From sequence record SRR31147125_1397: a stretch of DNA of 42,736 bases. One strand, written 5' to 3'. Shown piece after piece: positions 29,283-39,207 of the stretch; position 1 is the stretch's first letter; each line of letters begins with the position of its first letter. The position numbers were made by a program, and so were the translations under genes. The notes beneath the pieces are model-generated. The model was not told where the DNA came from, did not search any database, and was given only the letters and a program-made list of their open reading frames with translations.

Positions 29283-30266
29283 ATGCATGTATTAATGATT
29301 GGTGGCACAGGGACAATTAGTCGCTATGTGGTAAATCGATGTTTAGAAGTAGGCATTAAAGTGACATTGTTAAATCGCGGGAACCATTTAGATCAAATAC
29401 CTGAAGGTGTAAATGTATTAATTGGTGATATCAAAGACCATAATCAAGTCAAGTCATTACTTGAAAATCAATATTTTGATACTGTGATTGATTTTATAGC
29501 ATTTACGGTAGATGATGTGAAACGCGATGTTGATTTATTTAGTAATAAATGTGATCAATATATATTTATTAGTAGCGCGAGTGCTTATAAAAAGCCACTA
29601 CTCTCATATCCGATTACTGAAGATATCCCAGTTGAAAATAAATACTGGACATATTCTCAAAACAAGGCAGATGCTGAAAATTATTTAAAAACAGTTAAAG
29701 ATTTTAATTATACAATTGTAAGACCATCACATACATATGATGATCAAACATTATTGGTAGTCATTAAAAAAGATGGGTATCCATATGCACATATTAAACG
29801 CTTAATCGAAGGAAAACCAGTGATTATTCCAGGTGATGGTACAAGCTTATGGACTGTTACACATGCCAGTGATTTTGCATATGGGTTTGTTGATTTAATT
29901 GGTCATAAAAAAACTGCATTAGAAACATATCATATCACAGGAGATAAATATCACACATGGGATGATTTGACACATATGATGGCAAATTATCTTGGTGTAA
30001 AAGCACATATCATACATATACCAAGCGATGTCATCATTCAATACATCGAGGATTTAAGAGGACCGCTATTAGGGGATAAAGCATGTAGTGCAATATTCGA
30101 TAATAAAAAAATCAAAAGCATCAGTAATCATTACCAGTCAACCATTGGATATGATGATATTGTAGGTAAAGCAATTGATCATTATTTAAACCATGAATCT
30201 TTACAAAAGATTGATCTAGACTTTGAAAAAACATATGATTTATTAATTAAAAAATATTCAATCTGA
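29283..30266 (+). CDS. NAD-dependent epimerase/dehydratase (atypical SDR)
   Basis: GGTGTIS, FISSASAY, YSQNK and RPSHTY motifs. Confidence 0.87.
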   Translation: MHVLMIGGTGTISRYVVNRCLEVGIKVTLLNRGNHLDQIPEGVNVLIGDIKDHNQVKSLLENQYFDTVIDFIAFTVDDVKRDVDLFSNKCDQYIFISSASAYKKPLLSYPITEDIPVENKYWTYSQNKADAENYLKTVKDFNYTIVRPSHTYDDQTLLVVIKKDGYPYAHIKRLIEGKPVIIPGDGTSLWTVTHASDFAYGFVDLIGHKKTALETYHITGDKYHTWDDLTHMMANYLGVKAHIIHIPSDVIIQYIEDLRGPLLGDKACSAIFDNKKIKSISNHYQSTIGYDDIVGKAIDHYLNHESLQKIDLDFEKTYDLLIKKYSI

Positions 30267-30400
30267 ACACAATAAGTAAAAGCCTATTGTTTTATCTTGA
30301 TATCATTTTATAGTATGATGAATATATATATCAATGAATACATAAGGATTTAAAGCAACGTATATATTGTTATATGTTGCTTATTTTTTTAGGAGGTCAT

Positions 30401-30982
30401 ATGGAAATTAAAGAGAAATATGATTTATCACTTATTAAACGATTAATCATTTTTATACCTATGTTTCTTTATTGGCTTTATTTTTTAGTTTTTATTAAAT
30501 TGTTAATGATATTTAGTAGGTATGGTCTAGTGGTTGCACCACTTACTATCTTGGAAGGATTTTTATTGTTTTCCATACTAAAATGGGGCAGAAAACCTTG
30601 GATTACATTTTTATCGATTAGTGGTCTATATATCACTGATAAAATATTTTTCATATACATTTATGGTTTAACCCTATCTTTTGAAGTCATGTGGCTTGGG
30701 TTAATTATGCTTGGGTTATTATTATTCATGACGATGATGTTAAAACTTGTTTTAACATTTAAAGCATTTCAAAAGTTTATAAGAATTATACTTCCAATTG
30801 CGGTATTGGTAGCAATCATCATGGTTAATTCTGGTGGACTAAGTTTTTCATTTTTATCGCAATTTCCACTCATAGCAAACAATGCAATTGTCTTGTTTGC
30901 ACATATCGCTTTATTAGCATTAGTTGTGATTTTAGTACATGTGGAAAAAAAGAACCATCAGCATATGAAAAAAAATATTTAG
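30401..30982 (+). CDS. Hypothetical multi-pass membrane protein, probably the N-terminal part of one gene running to 31323
   Basis: AGGAGG RBS before ATG 30401; strongly hydrophobic; a -1 shift at A7 30945-30951 joins it to the next ORF. Confidence 0.6.
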   Translation: MEIKEKYDLSLIKRLIIFIPMFLYWLYFLVFIKLLMIFSRYGLVVAPLTILEGFLLFSILKWGRKPWITFLSISGLYITDKIFFIYIYGLTLSFEVMWLGLIMLGLLLFMTMMLKLVLTFKAFQKFIRIILPIAVLVAIIMVNSGGLSFSFLSQFPLIANNAIVLFAHIALLALVVILVHVEKKNHQHMKKNI

Positions 30983-30987
30983 AGAGT

Positions 30988-31323
30988 TTGGATCATAAAG
31001 AAATGGAAGATAAAATAACGAAAAATGAATCAACGTTTAGTGGCAACACATTTTCATATATAGGTATATCACTATTAACATTTATTGTGAGTGTGATCAC
31101 TTTAGGTTTTGGACTTCCTTTTATGGTTTGCAATAAGGAATCATGGATGGCTAAGCATACACATATAGATGGCCAAACACTATATTTTAACGGTAAAGGT
31201 ATGGAGTTGTTTGGCAAATGGTTATTATGGATATTATTTAGTGTATTGACGTTAGGTATATTTTCTTTATTTATTCCTGTACGTTAAAAAAAATGGAAAG
31301 TAGAGCATACTGTACTTGTATGA
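30988..31323 (+). CDS. DUF898/YjgN-like membrane domain with an in-frame TAA at 31285-31287
   Basis: ITLGFGLP..W..KHT.IDG..L.F.GKG.ELFG.W..W....LTLGI pattern; the repeat-completing KKWKVEHT continues in frame after the TAA up to TGA 31323. Confidence 0.65.
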
Positions 31324-31390
31324 TTTTTTTGCATATAAAATAATAAGTTTTATTAAATCATATGTTATTATATATGATACTTAAAACATC

Positions 31391-31429
31391 AAAAAAGCAG
31401 AGCTCTTAATAAAGGACTCTGCTTTTTTT
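31391..31429. terminator. Bidirectional terminator between convergent genes
   Basis: AAAAAAGCAGAG...CTCTGCTTTTTTT. Confidence 0.8.
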
Positions 31430-31443
31430 GGGAGAATATATCA

Positions 31444-32364
31444 TTATAAAAAAGGTTTAATGTGATTTATACTTAAGTCTAGTGCTTGAATAACATCATC
31501 ATGTGATGATTCAAATGCCTTATCTTCAATTTCAATAACGATATGGTGCTGATATTTAATATTATAAAGAGCTTCAATGAAAGATTTCCAATTGATATCT
31601 CCATGCCCTGGTATTTTTGGTGTCATATATTGTAATGGGTATGAAAAGATGCCAAATTCATCTAGTTTTTGATGATCCACATAAGTATCCTTGAGATGAA
31701 TGTGTATAAGTCGATCTTTAAATTCATAAAGTGGTTTAATGTAATCCATTCCTTGAAAACTTAAATGAGATGGATCATATGATAACCCAAAGTATTTAGA
31801 AGGTATTAACTCAAACATTTTTCGCCAAATATATGGTGAACTAGCAAGATTGAGGCCGCCTGGCCATTCATCTTTTGTAAAGTACATTGGACAATTTTCT
31901 ATGCCTACATACACTTGATAAGATTCAGCATATGCGATAATGTCAGGCCAAACATTTTTAAATAACTCTAAATTAGCATCAATCGATAAATTTTTATCTT
32001 TACCTATAAATGTACTTATACGATTAATGCCTAATAGATGAGAAAATTTGATAACTTTTTTTATATGTGTTATGTATGTATTTCTATCAGAAATATTTGA
32101 ATCTAATGGATTAGGATAGTATCCTAATACTGCAAGATCAATGTTTTTTTGTTTTGCTTTATTTTTAATTGACTCAATATATGTGGGGTCTAGATTATCT
32201 ACATTGACATGAGAAACACCTGCATAGCGTCTAGTACCTTTCCCTTTTGGCCAAGCGCAGACCTCTAAGGATTGATAGCCAATAGAAGAACAAGTGTCAA
32301 GCACTTCATCATAATCTTGATGCTCAAGAATGGCCGAATGTAGTCCAATTTTAAATTTATTCAT
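31444..32364 (-). CDS. Sugar phosphate isomerase/epimerase (xylose isomerase-like TIM barrel)
   Basis: IENCPM, YDPSH, HIHLKD, PGHGDINW and IEIED motifs. Confidence 0.88.
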   Translation of the reverse strand: MNKFKIGLHSAILEHQDYDEVLDTCSSIGYQSLEVCAWPKGKGTRRYAGVSHVNVDNLDPTYIESIKNKAKQKNIDLAVLGYYPNPLDSNISDRNTYITHIKKVIKFSHLLGINRISTFIGKDKNLSIDANLELFKNVWPDIIAYAESYQVYVGIENCPMYFTKDEWPGGLNLASSPYIWRKMFELIPSKYFGLSYDPSHLSFQGMDYIKPLYEFKDRLIHIHLKDTYVDHQKLDEFGIFSYPLQYMTPKIPGHGDINWKSFIEALYNIKYQHHIVIEIEDKAFESSHDDVIQALDLSINHIKPFL

Positions 32365-33496
32365 TAATTTTCACCCATTTTCTTTTTGTTGCTGATTCAT
32401 ATATTTTCTCATTTAAAATCATTTGATTGAGTCCATCTTCAAATGTCGCATAGTTTATTTGCTTATCTTCAGTATTGCTTATAGAAGCATAAATAGACTT
32501 AAAGTTTTGTTTGAAAGCATCAGGGAATCCTTCTGTGTGACCGGAAGGATAAGAAATCATAGAATTAATTTCAGACATAATTGACGGATCTTTTGAAAGT
32601 ATTTGATTTGCTTGATTTCTATGACCAATTTGAATGTGTTCTAAGTCATCAAGTTGCCATGAAATAGAAGATTTTGTTCCACTGATTAAGAATGATATAT
32701 CATTACTTTTTCCTGCTGCCATTTGCGAAATATAAACACTTCCCAATGCATTACGATCTGTTTTGAAAGTAATAATTGCGATATCTTCTGTATCAATATC
32801 GATATCTTCATAAGTCATATTATTTTGAATAGACTCAAATGTTTTTACGGGTTGAGTCGCTTTTTTTCTTTTAGGATATACTGTTTGAAACTCAGCGAGT
32901 ACTTCCGTAATTTTTTGTCCAGTCATATAAGTCATTAAATCAAGCCAATGTGATCCAATGTCTGCGACTGCTCTAGTTTTTCCAGAAGTTTTAGAATTTA
33001 ATCGCCATGAGTAATCAGTTTGATAAAGTAACCAATCTTGTACATATCGTCCTTGTACAGAAAAAACATCGCCTATCTCATTTTGTTCAATCATATGTTT
33101 GATGTAAGCTGTCGTTGGATACATACGGTTGTGAAAATTAACCGCAGCTACAACATTGTAAGATTTTGCTAATTTTGTAAGACTGATCGCTTCCTCAACT
33201 GTCACTGTCATTGGTTTTTCTAAAATCACATGTATATTCTTTTTAATTGCATATTGTGCTATTTCATAATGGGTATTATTTGGTGTACATATATGAATAG
33301 CATCAAGTGATTCATTATCTATCATTTCTTTGTAATTGGTATAGGCGTGATTTACATGGAGTTGCTCTGCTTTTCTTTCTATATCAAATGCATCACAAAT
33401 TGCGACAACATCAATATGCCCTAAACGTCTTAAAGCTTCAATATGTGCAACACCAATAAATCCTATTCCAATAATGCCTGTTTTTAGTTTATTCAT
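32357..33496 (-). CDS. Gfo/Idh/MocA family NAD-dependent oxidoreductase
   Basis: GIGFIG, ICTPNNTH, EKP and DIGSHWLD motifs; start at ATG 33496 after AGAAAGGT. Confidence 0.92.
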   Translation of the reverse strand: MNKLKTGIIGIGFIGVAHIEALRRLGHIDVVAICDAFDIERKAEQLHVNHAYTNYKEMIDNESLDAIHICTPNNTHYEIAQYAIKKNIHVILEKPMTVTVEEAISLTKLAKSYNVVAAVNFHNRMYPTTAYIKHMIEQNEIGDVFSVQGRYVQDWLLYQTDYSWRLNSKTSGKTRAVADIGSHWLDLMTYMTGQKITEVLAEFQTVYPKRKKATQPVKTFESIQNNMTYEDIDIDTEDIAIITFKTDRNALGSVYISQMAAGKSNDISFLISGTKSSISWQLDDLEHIQIGHRNQANQILSKDPSIMSEINSMISYPSGHTEGFPDAFKQNFKSIYASISNTEDKQINYATFEDGLNQMILNEKIYESATKRKWVKINE

Positions 33497-33513
33497 AAAA
33501 TTATACCTTTCTA

Positions 33514-33527
33514 TGTAATCGATTACA
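33514..33527. promoter_or_regulatory. LacI-family operator 1
   Basis: Perfect palindrome TGTAATCGATTACA with central CG, just upstream of the oxidoreductase RBS. Confidence 0.85.
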
Positions 33528-33588
33528 AATATATTGTACATTATAATTAATAAAATATCAAGAAATCAAAATAATTTTGAAATTATCG

Positions 33589-33616
33589 TTGACATAGCGT
33601 TTACATATGATATAAT
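33589..33616 (+). promoter_or_regulatory. Sigma-A promoter for the lacI-ABC operon
   Basis: TTGACA-16 bp-TATAAT with a TG extension. Confidence 0.8.
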
Positions 33617-33632
33617 AATGCTGTAAAAAGAT

Positions 33633-33646
33633 TGTAATCGATTACA
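33633..33646. promoter_or_regulatory. LacI-family operator 2
   Basis: Second identical TGTAATCGATTACA, directly before the AGGAG RBS of the regulator. Confidence 0.85.
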
Positions 33647-33661
33647 TAGGAGAGTGTATTT

Positions 33662-34651
33662 ATGACTATAAAAGATATTGCAAGACTTGCGGAAACATCA
33701 GTTGCTACTGTTTCAAGAGTACTAAATGATGATCCAAAAGTTGCATCTAGCACAAGAGCTAAAGTGCTACGTGTTGTTGAAGAACATAATTACATACCTA
33801 ACCTTACTAGTCGTACAATGCGAACAAAAAAAAGTAATAAAGTACTTGTAATCATTCCGACTATCGTCAATTCTTTTTATTCTAAAATTCTACAAGGTAT
33901 TGAAGCTAGAGCAGAAGAACACGGCTATGAAGTGCTCATTGCTATTTCAAACTTAGAAGAAATAAAAGAAAGAAAGTATATTGATATGTTGAAAACAAAG
34001 CAAGTTGATGGATGTATCAGTTTATTTAGTTTGTTAAACGCTTCTGATATAGATGAACTTGCAAAAAATTATCCTTTTATACAAGCGTGTGAACCAACAG
34101 TAGGTGCACATGTCTCAAGTGTATCAGTTGATAATAGACAAGCCATGTATGATGTGACAGAATTCTTTATTAATCAAGGTCATAAACGCATTGGGATGAT
34201 ATCTGGCGATTATTACAAGTATTCTGAATTAAATCGTGAACGTGGATATAAGGATGCACTTAATGATCATCAAATTGAATTTGATAATGATTTGCTGATA
34301 AAGAAGTTTTATAGATATAGAGATGGTAGTGATGCAATTAAAACGCTTATGGCGATTGATGATGCACCTACAGCAGTTATCTGTGTTTCAGATTCGTTAG
34401 CTATTGGAGCGATCAACCAACTGATAAGTATGGGTAAAAAGCCTGGTAAAGATGTTAGTGTTATAGGTTTTGACAACACATCAATTACAAGTAACTTTGT
34501 ACCTAGTATATCAACAATCGCACAACCAAGATTTGACTTAGGAACTAATGCATTTGATTTGTTACTTGATAAATTAAATGAAAATGATGCATCATCAAAA
34601 AAAGTGATTCTACCATATGAAATCATTCATCGTGAATCTACTAAAAAATAG
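33662..34651 (+). CDS. LacI family transcriptional regulator
   Basis: TIKDIARLAETSVATVSRVLN HTH, VSVIGFDN and IIHRES motifs. Confidence 0.95.
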   Translation: MTIKDIARLAETSVATVSRVLNDDPKVASSTRAKVLRVVEEHNYIPNLTSRTMRTKKSNKVLVIIPTIVNSFYSKILQGIEARAEEHGYEVLIAISNLEEIKERKYIDMLKTKQVDGCISLFSLLNASDIDELAKNYPFIQACEPTVGAHVSSVSVDNRQAMYDVTEFFINQGHKRIGMISGDYYKYSELNRERGYKDALNDHQIEFDNDLLIKKFYRYRDGSDAIKTLMAIDDAPTAVICVSDSLAIGAINQLISMGKKPGKDVSVIGFDNTSITSNFVPSISTIAQPRFDLGTNAFDLLLDKLNENDASSKKVILPYEIIHRESTKK

Positions 34652-34690
34652 TGAACAACTTAAATAGTTCAAATATAGGAGGAAATACAA

Positions 34691-35686
34691 ATGAAGAAAA
34701 TTGTAGTATTGTTTTTGGCGATCGTACTCGGACTTTCATTAGCATCTTGTGGTGAAGATACAACACTCATCGCAGTACTAATTCCAAGTGCTGATCATGG
34801 ATTTACTGGAGAAAGTGTAAGTCATGCTATCGCAGCAACTGAAAGACTTGCAGAAGAAAATGGATTTGAGTATAAGGTTTTAACATCTGATACAGTTGTT
34901 GACCAATCAAATCAAATTGAACAAATGATTGGTGAAGGTGCTGATGTATTTGTATTATGGCCACATAATGGTGACGAATTAAAATCTGCTGCTCAACAAA
35001 TTCTTGATGAAGATATTCCATTGATTATTTATGATAGATTAATTAGTGATTTTGATGAAACAGCAGAACTTATGGGTGATAATGTTACTATTGGTGAAGA
35101 AACTGGTAAATACTTTAATACATATTTTGAAACTGAACTATCAGCTGGCGAAGTACATATTTTAGAATTTAAAGGTGATAATTCATCTGTTCCTACACAA
35201 AGAAGTGATGGTTTTTATTCAACAGCTGATGATAGTTTTGTTACAGATCAAGAGTTTGTAACAAACTGGAGTAAAGACACTGCTCAACAACAAATGGAAA
35301 CTTTCTTAACATCAAAAACTGATGCAGAAGTTGCTCAAGTTGATGCAATATTCACACATGATGCAGAAGTTGCTTTAGGTGTATTAGCTGCACTTGAAGG
35401 ATATTCAGGAGATAAAACAATAAATGTAAAATTGGTATCTGCTGTATCAGCACCTACTGAATTATTAGAAAAATTTGATCATTATGAAGAATTAGGATTT
35501 GATCAAGTGACATTCTCTTTCTCACCAGCAATGGTTGTAGAAGCAATCCAATTAGGTATTGATATCTTGAATGGAGAAAATGTTTCTGGACAATATCTTG
35601 TTGAGACTGAAATGGTAGATAATAGCAATTTTGAAGCATTTATGCAAGGCGACACATACACATATAGATATTCTTTAGAAGACTAA
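34691..35686 (+). CDS. Monosaccharide ABC transporter substrate-binding lipoprotein (RbsB-like fold)
   Basis: Lipobox LASC, IPLIIYDR, GDN and R..GF motifs. Confidence 0.85.
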   Translation: MKKIVVLFLAIVLGLSLASCGEDTTLIAVLIPSADHGFTGESVSHAIAATERLAEENGFEYKVLTSDTVVDQSNQIEQMIGEGADVFVLWPHNGDELKSAAQQILDEDIPLIIYDRLISDFDETAELMGDNVTIGEETGKYFNTYFETELSAGEVHILEFKGDNSSVPTQRSDGFYSTADDSFVTDQEFVTNWSKDTAQQQMETFLTSKTDAEVAQVDAIFTHDAEVALGVLAALEGYSGDKTINVKLVSAVSAPTELLEKFDHYEELGFDQVTFSFSPAMVVEAIQLGIDILNGENVSGQYLVETEMVDNSNFEAFMQGDTYTYRYSLED

Positions 35687-35698
35687 ATGTAACATAGA

Positions 35699-35731
35699 AA
35701 TAAGTCGATTAATCAATTTAATCGACTTATT
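35699..35731. other. Intercistronic stem-loop after the binding-protein gene
   Basis: AATAAGTCGATTAA / TTAATCGACTTATT inverted repeat. Confidence 0.65.
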
Positions 35732-35755
35732 ATCTATCAATAAAGGACAAGAAAT

Positions 35756-37264
35756 ATGAAGATAACATTTGATAGAATTAGCAAAAATTTTGGCGCAATT
35801 AAAGCATTGAAAGAAGTTTCATTTACAGTACCAGAAGCAAGTATACTAGGATTACTTGGTGAAAATGGTGCGGGTAAATCAACATTAATGAATATACTAG
35901 GTGGTGTACTTCAACCTTCATCAGGTCAAATCTACATCGATGATCAACCATTTAGTCATATTACAACTAAACAAGCATATGCGATGGGTATAAGTTTTAT
36001 ACATCAAGAATTAAATTTAGTGAATGATTTAAAAGTTTATGAAAATTTATTTCTAAATCGAGAATTATCTAAATATGGATTGTTAGATAAAAAAACAATG
36101 ATTCAAGAAGCTTATAAAGTATTTAAGAAAATGAATTTAGACATTGATCCAGAAGCTTTTGTCAAGGATTTAGATACTTCAAGAAAACAACTAATAGAAA
36201 TTGCGAAATCAATTTTATTTGAAGCAAAAGTAATCATTTTCGATGAACCAACAACAGCATTGACGAATGATGAAATTAAACATTTATTTGTCATAATGAA
36301 TGAAATGAAAAAAACTGGGATTACAATGATTTATATTAGTCATAAAATGCCAGAACTATTTAATGTGTGTGATAATTATGTGGTCTTACGAGATGGGACA
36401 TTTATAGATAAAGGTAGATTTAGTGATATTGACGAGAACAAAGCTACCGAGTTGCTTGTGGGAAGAAAACTAGCACACGAAAAAATTAATTATGATGAAA
36501 CGCACATAAAAGAAGAAATATTGAAAGTTGAAAACATCACTTTAGAACCTTATTTTAGAAACATAAAATTCAATGTAAAAAAAGGTGAAGTTTTAGGCGT
36601 CACAGGTCTATTCGGTGATGGTAGAGGTGAATTAAGTGAGTGCTTATTTGGGGCAAGACAATTTGATTCAGGGCATGTCTATATAAATGATAAAAAATTA
36701 AATATGAAATCAATACGTGGTGTGATGAAAAAAGGTATCTCTATGGTACCTCGTAATCGAAAAGAACGTTCTATCATACCTGATTTAAATATAAGTGATA
36801 ATCTATCGATGGCATCTTTTACAGGGAAGCATAAAAAAATGTTAGTATCGATGAAAGAAGAATTGCAAAGATTTGAAAAAAATCAGAAAGAAACAAATAT
36901 TAAAGTTGGTAGTCCATTTGATAAGATTACTTCTTTAAGTGGAGGAAATCAGCAAAAAGTAATTTTTGCTAGATGGTTTGAAATGGATAGTGATATATAC
37001 ATATTAGATAATCCAACACAAGGTATTGATGTGGGTGCAAAAAGTGAAGTATACAACCTAATTCATCAACTTGCATTAAAGGGAAAATCTGTGATTGTAT
37101 TTAGCTCCGAGTATCACGAATTAGACAAAATATCAAATCGAGTCATTGTTATGTATCGAGGAGAAATTAATAAAGTATTCCATCATGATGAGTTCAATGA
37201 GCTTGATATGATGTATTATGCAACTGGATCAAATTTCAAGGAGAATTCAAATGAAAAAAATTGA
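35756..37264 (+). CDS. Monosaccharide ABC transporter ATPase (RbsA-like, two ABC domains)
   Basis: GENGAGKSTLM, IHQEL, DEPTTAL, SHK and LSGGNQQKV motifs. Confidence 0.93.
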   Translation: MKITFDRISKNFGAIKALKEVSFTVPEASILGLLGENGAGKSTLMNILGGVLQPSSGQIYIDDQPFSHITTKQAYAMGISFIHQELNLVNDLKVYENLFLNRELSKYGLLDKKTMIQEAYKVFKKMNLDIDPEAFVKDLDTSRKQLIEIAKSILFEAKVIIFDEPTTALTNDEIKHLFVIMNEMKKTGITMIYISHKMPELFNVCDNYVVLRDGTFIDKGRFSDIDENKATELLVGRKLAHEKINYDETHIKEEILKVENITLEPYFRNIKFNVKKGEVLGVTGLFGDGRGELSECLFGARQFDSGHVYINDKKLNMKSIRGVMKKGISMVPRNRKERSIIPDLNISDNLSMASFTGKHKKMLVSMKEELQRFEKNQKETNIKVGSPFDKITSLSGGNQQKVIFARWFEMDSDIYILDNPTQGIDVGAKSEVYNLIHQLALKGKSVIVFSSEYHELDKISNRVIVMYRGEINKVFHHDEFNELDMMYYATGSNFKENSNEKN

Positions 37265-38246
37265 AACAAACCAAATTAAAATAGATGTAAAAAAGAAGTT
37301 TAAAGACATAGCGATTAATCACAACTATGTATTATCATTAATCATTATGTTAATAATCGGTGCTATAGCATCTCCTAATTTCTTAAGTTCTGCGAACTTG
37401 ATTCAATTATTAAGGGCATCAACGATTATTGGTATTATTGCATTAGGCATGACATTAGTTATTATTAGTGGCAATATTGATTTGTCAGTAGGTTCGATTT
37501 TAGGATTTGTAGCTGCTGTCGCTGTGATTGTCTATAATCATACAGGTAGTATATTATTAACACTATTGTTTACGATGTTATTCGGTCTAGTTTTGGGTTT
37601 AATCAATGGATTTTTTGTTGGTAAAACGCATATTGCAGGTTTTATTGTAACTTTAGCTACAATGGTTTCTTTTAGGTCATTGACTGTTAAATTAGGGGAA
37701 GGTGGACCACTTCTCATGGACAATGATTTATATTATGCAGGACTAAGAAACATTGGGTATGGTAAGTTTATAGGTATTCCTTATATTGGTTGGATATTTA
37801 TTTTAACAACTATTGTCGTATGGGTATTGATGACTAAAACAAAATTTGGACGATATGTTTATGCAGTTGGTTCAAATGAAAAGGCAGCAAAACTGAGCGG
37901 GATTAAAGTTGATTTAGTAAAAGTATTAGTTTATGGTATTGCAGGTTTGCTTTCAGGATTAGCAGCATTTCTCTATATATCAAGATTTGGTTCTGTAGAT
38001 ACTTCCACAGCGGGGTCATCCTTTGAGTTAGATGCCATTGCAGCAGTTGCTATTGGTGGTGCATCTATGGCAGGTGGTAAAGGATTTATTCAAGGAACAT
38101 TCTTCGGTGTCATTATTTTATATTCTATTGATGCGATATTGAATGCATTTGGAGTGTCAGCATTCCTCATTGATTTTATAAAAGGTATATTGATCTTGGG
38201 AGCTGTACTTATTCAAAAATCTCTAAACAGGAGAAACGAACATTAA
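37251..38246 (+). CDS. Monosaccharide ABC transporter permease (RbsC-like)
   Basis: GNIDLSVG, FIVTLA, FGRYVYAVGSN and ELDAIAAVAIGG motifs. Confidence 0.93.
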   Translation: MKKIETNQIKIDVKKKFKDIAINHNYVLSLIIMLIIGAIASPNFLSSANLIQLLRASTIIGIIALGMTLVIISGNIDLSVGSILGFVAAVAVIVYNHTGSILLTLLFTMLFGLVLGLINGFFVGKTHIAGFIVTLATMVSFRSLTVKLGEGGPLLMDNDLYYAGLRNIGYGKFIGIPYIGWIFILTTIVVWVLMTKTKFGRYVYAVGSNEKAAKLSGIKVDLVKVLVYGIAGLLSGLAAFLYISRFGSVDTSTAGSSFELDAIAAVAIGGASMAGGKGFIQGTFFGVIILYSIDAILNAFGVSAFLIDFIKGILILGAVLIQKSLNRRNEH

Positions 38247-38270
38247 AAAGGCAATGATTTGCCTTTTTTT
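38245..38270 (+). terminator. Intrinsic terminator
   Basis: AAAAAGGCAA-tgat-TTGCCTTTTTTT. Confidence 0.8.
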
Positions 38271-38469
38271 GATATTGACAATTATAGCATGTTATAATTA
38301 AACATAAAGATGTTCTATAGAATAATATATTACATTAAAAAAAGTATATTCAATGTAGGTGTCATATAAATCATTAAAGTAAAGAAATTGATATATGGAC
38401 ATATTTGGCAAATGTCATATTGAAATTAATTATTTAAAAAATTATAGTATAATAAATATGAGGTGGACT

Positions 38470-39207
38470 ATGAAAATAGATTTAGCATCTAAAAATTATT
38501 GTGATGTCATCTATAAAGATGATAAAAAAAGAGATTTATTGCTTATTTTACCGGGTGGGAGTTATGAGTATACATCACCTAGAGAAGCAGAACCAGTAGC
38601 AAACACATTTATGGAAATAGGCGTACATGCTGCAATTTTTCATTATCGAGAAGAAAAGTTATTGTTTCCAGAAATCATGGATGAAGCAAAAGAATTGCTA
38701 GAACGTTTATTCGCGCTTGATTTAGTTGATAAAATAAATATCATTGGTTTTTCTGCAGGTGGACATTATGCAGCCATGATGATGGCAACTTTGAATCAAT
38801 ATTTTAATAAAGGATTACTGATATACCCAGTCATATCAACGCTACCAGCTTATGTACATCGTGCATCTTATGCTGCATTATTAGGTAGAGATTTTACTGA
38901 TAACGATGTAAAAAACATTTCGCCTGATTTGCTCGTTCATGATAAAGTCTGTCCGACATTTATTATGCATTGTATGGATGATCAAAGCGTACCAGTTGAA
39001 AATAGTTTTGATATGGTTAAAGCTTTAAAAGATAAAGGTGTTTATGTTGAATCACATTTTTATCCAACAGGTGGACACGGTATTTCAATTGATACGAAAG
39101 AAGTTGTATATGAAGGTTATGATCCTGATGCATTTATGCGTGAGTTTGGATATATTGCATCTTGGGTAGATCTTGCTAAAGATTTTTTAACAAGGGAAAA
39201 TAAATGA
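38470..39207 (+). CDS. Alpha/beta hydrolase (acetylesterase-like)
   Basis: PGGSY, GFSAGG nucleophile elbow, DDQSVP and GGHG motifs; GAGGTG RBS before ATG 38470. Confidence 0.88.
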   Translation: MKIDLASKNYCDVIYKDDKKRDLLLILPGGSYEYTSPREAEPVANTFMEIGVHAAIFHYREEKLLFPEIMDEAKELLERLFALDLVDKINIIGFSAGGHYAAMMMATLNQYFNKGLLIYPVISTLPAYVHRASYAALLGRDFTDNDVKNISPDLLVHDKVCPTFIMHCMDDQSVPVENSFDMVKALKDKGVYVESHFYPTGGHGISIDTKEVVYEGYDPDAFMREFGYIASWVDLAKDFLTRENK

